Positions 57,815 to 64,000 of a stretch of DNA of 64,000 nucleotides are shown here, in pieces. Source of the stretch: a virus (taxonomy: Duplodnaviria; Caudoviricetes); the IMG/VR virus record IMGVR_UViG_2522572155_000001, positions 1-64,000 of that record; one strand, written 5' to 3'. The first letter of the stretch is position 1. The number at the start of each line of letters is the position of its first letter. Both the position numbers and the translations under genes were made by a program. The notes under the pieces were generated by a model, which saw only the letters and a list, made by a program, of their open reading frames with translations, did not search any database and was not told the origin of the DNA.

Positions 57815-58463
57815 TGATGTACTCCGTAACGTCTACGATTGGGTAGACAGGGTCGTAGACGTCGTTGACGTGGGCGACGCTGATGACGGGTGTTCCTGAC
57901 ATGTGCTCGTGAATGCCGTGGCTTTCGTGTATGTGGCCGCAGATGAACACCTGGGGCTTCACTCGGAAGAGCATTAGGTTGGCAGCCGATGTGCCCACAT
58001 GGTCGGCGCGAGGGATACGGTCAGCAACGAAATGGGGCGGGCCATGGGAGATCACGATGTCCGTGTCATCCGGCACCGCCGCATAGACTCTGGCCAGCGT
58101 CGCGTCGGATGCGTAGAAGGCCCAGTACCTGAGGTTAGGTACCCACGGGGTCCCGTAGATGGTTAGCCCCTGCCAGACCGTGGTCTCGTCGCGCAGGTAC
58201 GTCCACGGCAAGTCCTTGGGTACGAGATCGCCGTTTTCGAACACGAAGTCGTGGTTACCCGCGACGCCGATGACCGTCGTGGTTGTCGGCATGTCGAGTA
58301 GCCATTCGCGGAACTCAGTGTCGAGCCAGTCAGACTGGCGCGACGCCATCTCGCTGGGCGTCCCGCCGAAGTCGGGGCAGATATCTCCCGCGATGATGAG
58401 GAGGTCACAGGGCTCGACCTCTGGAAGGTTCCCGTGGAGGTCGCTAGTAGCGAAGATCCGCAC
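57807..58463 (-). CDS. Metallophosphoesterase
   Basis: SDLHG, AGD, GNHD, SHGPP, GHIHE. Confidence 0.92.
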   Translation of the reverse strand: MRIFATSDLHGNLPEVEPCDLLIIAGDICPDFGGTPSEMASRQSDWLDTEFREWLLDMPTTTTVIGVAGNHDFVFENGDLVPKDLPWTYLRDETTVWQGLTIYGTPWVPNLRYWAFYASDATLARVYAAVPDDTDIVISHGPPHFVADRIPRADHVGTSAANLMLFRVKPQVFICGHIHESHGIHEHMSGTPVISVAHVNDVYDPVYPIVDVTEYINA

Positions 58464-59079
58464 TGCTGAGCGCCCCCTTGTCCATCATCGTGTGGATCAG
58501 CAGACGCCACGACGGCGCAAGCTGAATGCCTGGGACATCGGTCAACGCGCGGTTGTACTCCTTCAGTAGCCCGAACCCGAGACGGGGAGTGTCGGGATTC
58601 AGCAGCGCCCAGTCAGCGTCATAGGCGAACTGCACGAGCGTCTTGGGACGGTCGTCCACGATGTAACGGCACTCACGGACATACGGAATCTTGGAATCGT
58701 GCGTGCAGATCAGGTCCCCGGGAGGGAACCCGCAGAAGTCGAACAGCCACGTTGCGGTCGCCTCAGTTGCCTCGGGCTTGCGCGTGGAGATGTAGAGGAT
58801 GCTGTCGAACTCCTCAGCGATGTCCCACATGCCCTCGTAGGCGCCCAGGTACGGCTCCTGCGTAGTGATGGCGTCGTTGTCGTGACAGCGGTCGATGATC
58901 TCCAGCCACTGGGAGAGGTCGATTACGTCAGCGGGTGAACGCCACTCCGGCCATGCGCAGTAGGCGCCACGGAGGAGGGTCTTGTCTCCGGACTCGATCG
59001 CGAGCTTGGACCACGTATCTCGGGCGAGGTCACCGAAGCTGTACAGCGTGTCGTCAATATCGATTGCGATGCTGGCCAT
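58444..59079 (-). CDS. HAD-family 5'(3')-deoxyribonucleotidase-like protein
   Basis: DIDDTL, ISTR, K, IVDD, YNR. Confidence 0.85.
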   Translation of the reverse strand: MASIAIDIDDTLYSFGDLARDTWSKLAIESGDKTLLRGAYCAWPEWRSPADVIDLSQWLEIIDRCHDNDAITTQEPYLGAYEGMWDIAEEFDSILYISTRKPEATEATATWLFDFCGFPPGDLICTHDSKIPYVRECRYIVDDRPKTLVQFAYDADWALLNPDTPRLGFGLLKEYNRALTDVPGIQLAPSWRLLIHTMMDKGALSSADLRY

Positions 59080-59085
59080 GTACCG

Positions 59086-59724
59086 TTACCTATTCGGCCA
59101 GCGAAGCCCGTAGTGATGGAGCAGCGCCTGAGAGAGGTGCGCCTTGAGATCGTCCAACGTGCCCGAGTTGTCGATTACTACGTCCAGGTACTCGGGAGCG
59201 AGGGGCTTTTCCGAAGCGTGACCATCGCCCTTTGCAACTGTGGGTCGATCGATCTTCCATACCTGGCCGCCGCAGTCATGGATATGGTCTGCCTCGTTGG
59301 GGAAGCGCACGTCGGTGATGACGAGGAAGTCGGCCATCTCGTCTACGTCGGCGCGCCCCCAGTTGGCCGCCACGGGGTTAGGGAGGACGACTCGCGTCCA
59401 GAAGTCATGCCCGAACACGTCGCGATGTGCCTCTGTGCCGTAGTGCTGGAGGAAGACGCGACCGGTGATCCCGAGCCTGCCGTAGGACATCTCCGCTTCG
59501 TCATCAGAGAGGGAGAAGATGTGCCCGCTCTCCTTGAGGGAGTTGCACCATGCGATGGCGTCTTCCACCGCGATGTCGGGGAAGAAGACGCGCGCGGCTG
59601 ATAGCTTCAGACGGTCAGCGAAGGCGTCACGGATCACGTTCATGTCCGGCAATAGCTCGCGGATGAACGTGAGTGATTGATCCTTGCCGGATTCGGCAAG
59701 GCCATGCAATCCGAGAAGAGGCAA
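59086..59724 (-). CDS. Deoxynucleoside monophosphate kinase
   Basis: GLAESGKD, AFADRLK, LQHYGTE, ITDVRFPNE, HASE; TTG start after TAAGGA. Confidence 0.9.
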   Translation of the reverse strand: MPLLGLHGLAESGKDQSLTFIRELLPDMNVIRDAFADRLKLSAARVFFPDIAVEDAIAWCNSLKESGHIFSLSDDEAEMSYGRLGITGRVFLQHYGTEAHRDVFGHDFWTRVVLPNPVAANWGRADVDEMADFLVITDVRFPNEADHIHDCGGQVWKIDRPTVAKGDGHASEKPLAPEYLDVVIDNSGTLDDLKAHLSQALLHHYGLRWPNR

Positions 59725-59743
59725 TGTTGTCCTTAGGGAAAGC

Positions 59744-59770
59744 GAAGGGGCACCAGAAAGGTGCCCCTTC
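59744..59770 (-). terminator. Hairpin terminator
   Basis: GAAGGGGCACC-AGAAA-GGTGCCCCTTC. Confidence 0.7.
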
Positions 59771-59789
59771 ACAACGGCTCTAGGTGCGG

Positions 59790-60335
59790 CTAGGAGAGGG
59801 CGAGGGCGGTGTCGGCAACGGCGTTGGCCGCGATGCCTGCGATGTAGTTGGCGTCGAAGCCCTGGACGGCCTGTAGGAGTACCTCGGCGGCACGTGTGCG
59901 CTCGCCCACGTACTCGTCTTCGTCGGCCACCACATCGCTGAGGAAGACGATGGCCTGTCCCGCGACGAGCGAGAGCGGATCCGGGACCGGCGCATGAAGG
60001 ATGTCCGCGAGGTCGTCCAGACTGACCTGGACGAAGTCGTCGGCCGCCTCGTCGGAAGGCGCGTCGCCGCAATCGCAGTCGTCACCGCAGAACGGGCCGC
60101 CGTCGACCGGGCAGGTGTCCTCGGCCTCCTCGGCGGCGCGTTGCGCGAGGAGAAACTCGGCGGTGCCGACATCCTCTTGGACGAAGACCTTGGGATTCGA
60201 GAAGTATCCCGGTCCGTATTCACCGCCGGTGGCGAGAGCGCGGTACTTGCCCTTGACGGAGCCGTCACTCTCGAACACGGGGTCAAATACCTCGTAGGTG
60301 TTGTCGCCATACGCCTGAACAATGATGCTGGTCAT
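59790..60335 (-). CDS. Acidic hypothetical protein
   Basis: 181 aa, AGGGA upstream. Confidence 0.7.
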   Translation of the reverse strand: MTSIIVQAYGDNTYEVFDPVFESDGSVKGKYRALATGGEYGPGYFSNPKVFVQEDVGTAEFLLAQRAAEEAEDTCPVDGGPFCGDDCDCGDAPSDEAADDFVQVSLDDLADILHAPVPDPLSLVAGQAIVFLSDVVADEDEYVGERTRAAEVLLQAVQGFDANYIAGIAANAVADTALALS

Positions 60336-60344
60336 CCTGTATCC

Positions 60345-60590
60345 CTACTTGTTGAGTGCTGTGCGTGCGTCTTGAAGTGCCTGGTATTCCGCCTCAGCGT
60401 GCGGCTCGACCTCTTCTCGAAGGTCTGCCATCTTCGCGGCGTGGAATGCCTTGGCGTCTTCCTCGGTCCATTCACCCGACCAGACTCGGCGCATGGTGAA
60501 CGTGTAGTTCGCGTCCTGCTCGTACTTGACAAGCTGGAACTTGCCCCCAACGGAGACGGAGGCGCTGACTTCGGTGACTACGGGATCCAT
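60345..60590 (-). CDS. Hypothetical protein
   Basis: 3' part of ORF 60345..60971 from MDPVVTE. Confidence 0.65.
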   Translation of the reverse strand: MDPVVTEVSASVSVGGKFQLVKYEQDANYTFTMRRVWSGEWTEEDAKAFHAAKMADLREEVEPHAEAEYQALQDARTALNK

Positions 60591-60595
60591 GTGAA

Positions 60596-60916
60596 CTACG
60601 TTGTCGGCCGGACCGCTGCCGACTGCTGAAGGACGATGCCCTGAAAGAAGCCACCGCGCGCGACCCGCTTCCCGTCCGCGACCAAGAGAAGGTCTTCCTG
60701 GACGTAGTTGTCTAGTGCGGCGAGTGCGAGCAACACCTCGAAGATGTCTGCTAGCTCTTCGACATTGCCTTCCTCTAGGTACTCCGTGACCTCCTCCTGG
60801 AGCTTGTCGCGGAGTAGCTGCTCGTACTCGGTGCCCGCAGCGCGATACGTCGTCGGGAAGGATCCCTCGCGCTGCGCGATGATGAGAGGGATACGATCCC
60901 GGACGAGCTTCCTCAC
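60596..60916 (-). CDS. MazG/HisE-like all-alpha NTP pyrophosphohydrolase
   Basis: KLVRDRIP..KLQEEVTEY..EELADIFEV..RGGF. Confidence 0.88.
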   Translation of the reverse strand: MRKLVRDRIPLIIAQREGSFPTTYRAAGTEYEQLLRDKLQEEVTEYLEEGNVEELADIFEVLLALAALDNYVQEDLLLVADGKRVARGGFFQGIVLQQSAAVRPTT

Positions 60917-61051
60917 TCGTCTTCGTCCGGAAGGACTCCCATGTTTGCCAACACGGTGGAAGCCATGACACTCGACGTGATGGCGAGAGAATTCGCCGCC
61001 TCTAGGGCTCCGGCGACACGCTCGACGGCCTCAATGAGACGCTCTGACTGT

Positions 61052-61573
61052 TCATGCAACACTGGTACTCTCCTCACTCGACTTGTGGACCAGGGTCATC
61101 CCCAGTCCCGACTGTGCTACTGCTTCTGCGTTATCGGCCCCGTAGGCGACGAGTGCTGATGGGGCGCCGGAGTTGCCTGGGGCTTTCTGCCCGTCGCCTG
61201 GTACGAAGGTGAGGCGGCCCGCGACGAGGCACACGGCGTCGGCGTCGCGTACCGTCTCGTGCCACCACTTCACGTCGGTGCGCGCGAACACCAGCGCGAT
61301 TCCGTTGCCGTGATCGCGAAGCTTGTGCATCCACTTGCCTGTGACTCTCCCGTAGGGCGGGTTCATCCAGACGCGGCCGAACCACCGCTGACTGAGACCG
61401 TCGTCGGCCTCAGACATCCAGGTCTTCACGGGAATCCACGGGACGCCCTCAGGCGGCGAGCAGGGGTCGAGCGAGAACTCGACCCCCAGTGCCTCGAAGA
61501 CATGTGGGGGCGTGTACCACTCATTCGTTGCCCCCTCGTTCGGTGCGTGGAGCTTACGCCACGGATCCGTCAC
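61052..61573 (-). CDS. Phage DNA N6-adenine methyltransferase (Dam-type)
   Basis: EWYTPP, LDPCS, DGL..W, NPPY, ARTD. Confidence 0.92.
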   Translation of the reverse strand: MTDPWRKLHAPNEGATNEWYTPPHVFEALGVEFSLDPCSPPEGVPWIPVKTWMSEADDGLSQRWFGRVWMNPPYGRVTGKWMHKLRDHGNGIALVFARTDVKWWHETVRDADAVCLVAGRLTFVPGDGQKAPGNSGAPSALVAYGADNAEAVAQSGLGMTLVHKSSEESTSVA

Positions 61574-61788
61574 GTCCTCGTGAAGTTGATGAGGTACCCC
61601 TTCGAGAATGCGATCTCGTGGATGGAGTTCACGATCTCGGTTGCGTCTGAGTCCGGCATCGGCTTCCCGCTCGGGTCGTGAACAACGATGCAGACGGCTG
61701 GTGACCTCTGCACGTAACCGTGAGAGCGGCCACGCGAGCGTCCGGCAGTGCGACGGCTCTTGGAGCCGCCGTTCTTCTGTTCAGCCAT
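61570..61788 (-). CDS. Hypothetical protein
   Basis: GAGG RBS; overlaps the start of the methyltransferase gene. Confidence 0.7.
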   Translation of the reverse strand: MAEQKNGGSKSRRTAGRSRGRSHGYVQRSPAVCIVVHDPSGKPMPDSDATEIVNSIHEIAFSKGYLINFTRT

Positions 61789-61819
61789 GATTACCTCTGG
61801 CTAGGGGATGGATACGAAG

Positions 61820-63112
61820 TTAGTACCGCTGGTCGCGCCACATAAGCTTGCCGTCAACGTATGAGGCAAGTTCTGCCTTGAAGGTGCCGTCAGGCCACAC
61901 GATTGCCGTGCCGAAGCCGTTCTGCCAGTTGGCGAACCGCTTGTAGCCGAGGCCGCCCTGAATGCGGGCCATCGTGCCAATCTCCATGCCGGTCACTGTG
62001 CAGGGGACGCCGTCAATGTCGTGGACGGTCTTGTGTGTGATCGCCTGGCGATGGGTGTGCGCCATCGCGATGGAGTGCTGTACCTCGTCCAGGTGTGCGA
62101 GGACCGAGGCGCCTGGATCCTTCTTCACCTTCTCGCCGTGAATGGCTGCGAGCACATCGGACACGCGGTAGTGCGCGTGTGCGTAGCCGCCGTCCGGCTC
62201 GATCAGCTTGATGCCGAGAGAGTCAAGGTGCAAGAGGTCACGGATGTCCCACACCGCCCGGAAGGGGTCCTCGCCAGGGATGTCAGCGGGGCGGATGCCG
62301 TGCAGGTTGGTCATATAGTTGATGAGGCGGTTGCGGATCCGCTCATCGTGGTTTCCGAGCAGCTTGACCCAGTTCGTGGAACGGCATGCCTGTACGTAGT
62401 CCCGCAGCATGAGATAGCCCGAGTTGATTGATGTCTGGGCATCGACGTGCCAATCTGGATTGCCGGGGTGACGAGACACGTCTGGCAGGTCAATGGTGTC
62501 ACCCATAAGGACGCCGCGATCCGGGCGGTTGAACTCCAACCACTGGCAGAACTTGTCGTGTAGGTCCGGGTTCTGGTACGGAGCCTGCTGACATCCGACG
62601 AAGACCACTAGCTCGGCGTCGCGGTCGAGCGTGACGTATAGTCGGTCCAGCCGGAAGCTCGGCCCGTCTACAGCAGGCATGACGAACTCGTACGGCTTCT
62701 TGCGCGCGCACGTCACCTTCAACTGCTTCATCGTGACGATGGGGTTCTCGCCGTACTCATCAGCGCTCCCCATCGTGTCCCATTCGTTGACCGTAAGGGA
62801 CGTGATCTCCCACTCGTCGGGGTCAAGCCCCCGCTCGCGCAGTAGCTCCCCAGGTGAGTTGAGGACGGTTGCCGCACGACTCGTTACCGTGGCCTGGTCG
62901 CCGTCGATACGGACTCCTGCCTTCTCGGCGTGATCGTCACCCGGAGCTACCGCACCCCAACGTCGAAGCGCCCGGCGCACCGACCGCTCGGACGTTGTGA
63001 CACCGAGGGCATACAATTCGCGAACGATCTCGGGGTTCGTGAACGGCCTGGCGTGAAGGTCTAGAATGAACTCCCGATGCGCGTCAAGCGGGCTTGTCTG
63101 GGTCTGAGTCAC
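61820..63112 (-). CDS. HTH plus metallophosphoesterase-like (nuclease-type) protein
   Basis: TSERSVRRAL; GDTID, GNHDER, IHG, AHTHR. Confidence 0.8.
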   Translation of the reverse strand: MTQTQTSPLDAHREFILDLHARPFTNPEIVRELYALGVTTSERSVRRALRRWGAVAPGDDHAEKAGVRIDGDQATVTSRAATVLNSPGELLRERGLDPDEWEITSLTVNEWDTMGSADEYGENPIVTMKQLKVTCARKKPYEFVMPAVDGPSFRLDRLYVTLDRDAELVVFVGCQQAPYQNPDLHDKFCQWLEFNRPDRGVLMGDTIDLPDVSRHPGNPDWHVDAQTSINSGYLMLRDYVQACRSTNWVKLLGNHDERIRNRLINYMTNLHGIRPADIPGEDPFRAVWDIRDLLHLDSLGIKLIEPDGGYAHAHYRVSDVLAAIHGEKVKKDPGASVLAHLDEVQHSIAMAHTHRQAITHKTVHDIDGVPCTVTGMEIGTMARIQGGLGYKRFANWQNGFGTAIVWPDGTFKAELASYVDGKLMWRDQRY

Positions 63113-64000
63113 TTGCCTTGTAATCCGGTTCGATGATGCTGTAGGACTGCTTCTTCACCGGCCGGGGCAGGCGCTCTACCGTCTTCTCTGCGGAGGCGAC
63201 ACGCGGCCGTAGTGCTGTACCTTCATTCTCGGCCGCATCGTGGGTAACCTCAGCCTTGACAGACGATGTTGGTCCGCCGATGCCGGGCCGCCTCTCCATC
63301 GAGATTGCAGGGGCCACCAGACCGCCGCCAGGGCCTCCCTGAGGGCCAGGGGCGGTGATGGCGGGGCCGCCACCCGGCACGCTGTCTCCGAAGCCTCCAG
63401 GGCCAAGCATTCCGCCCGGGGGAGGGGGCATGACGATTGAGTCGCCCGGCGTACCTCCCGGCATCGGCGGACCGCCTGCGTCGGGTCCCATCGGAGGCCC
63501 GGCCATCGGCATCCCGCCGGGCGCACCCGGACCGGGGGTACCCGGTGCGATCGGCATCGAGCCCTGAAGGACTGTCTCCACCTCGGCCTTGAGGTCGGGC
63601 GGGATCGGCAGGTTCTTCTCGTGAAGTACCTTGTAGGTCTTCATCTTCGCTTCCTGCTGAGCGACGGTCTTCTTGACCAGTTCCTCGTTGTAGTCGTTGA
63701 TCTCGTCCTCGATGTCGAAGTCAACGCCGATGAGCATGCTCTTGTCGGAGATGGGCACACCCATGGTCCGGAGTGTCTGGAGGAACTGACGCTCGGTTGC
63801 CTCGTCGCGGAGATCGAGCGTCTGGAAGCGAAGCTCCGGGATTAGGAGCTTGTGCCGCTCCACGATGACCTTCTTGCCCTCGGCGTCGTGCTCTACGACT
63901 TCCTCCATCACCGGCACGCGAGTCTGTCCACGCGTTTCGTACTCGTAGTGCCCCTGAGCCTCTGCCACGACCATCGCGCGGGAGCGGAAGTGATCCTTGA
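63084..64000 (-). CDS. Probable portal protein, C-terminal part (frame open past the window edge)
   Basis: PELRFQTLDLRDE..RQFLQTL..GVPIS then a Pro/Gly-rich tail; recalled resemblance to actinobacterial myovirus portals, unverified. Confidence 0.55.
   Translation of the reverse strand, partial: KDHFRSRAMVVAEAQGHYEYETRGQTRVPVMEEVVEHDAEGKKVIVERHKLLIPELRFQTLDLRDEATERQFLQTLRTMGVPISDKSMLIGVDFDIEDEINDYNEELVKKTVAQQEAKMKTYKVLHEKNLPIPPDLKAEVETVLQGSMPIAPGTPGPGAPGGMPMAGPPMGPDAGGPPMPGGTPGDSIVMPPPPGGMLGPGGFGDSVPGGGPAITAPGPQGGPGGGLVAPAISMERRPGIGGPTSSVKAEVTHDAAENEGTALRPRVASAEKTVERLPRPVKKQSYSIIEPDYKASDSDPDKPA

Overview
High-GC (actinobacterial-type) large-phage DNA; no tRNA, rRNA, CRISPR array or recombinase gene was recognisable. 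The window has three parts. (i) Virion and late-type genes on the - strand: a partial portal-like gene at the right edge, a LamG/Ig/beta-helix tail protein, a collagen-repeat protein, a SWIM protein, and four large polyvalent multidomain ORFs (815, ~742, 2581 and 1534 aa). These carry ADP-ribosyltransferase-like, PcfJ, GNAT, ParB-like, Zn-ribbon, nucleotidyltransferase and CCA-adding/HD domains. (ii) Nucleotide-metabolism and DNA-modification genes (dNMP kinase, HAD nucleotidase, MazG-like, Dam, metallophosphoesterases). (iii) About 30 kb of small accessory genes (sigma factor, ArdC, HigA-like, HicA fusion, LysM), many with their own, often leaderless, sigmaA-type promoters. The top observation is a 27-bp dif-like element (consensus RCGCCCTCTAA-N6-TTCTGTAGAC) repeated six times, in frame and in direct orientation, at domain boundaries inside the 2581-aa gene. 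It suggests site-specific shuffling of domain cassettes within one protein. The same gene reads through a nested small gene in another frame. All domain calls come from motif recognition by eye, not from database searches.
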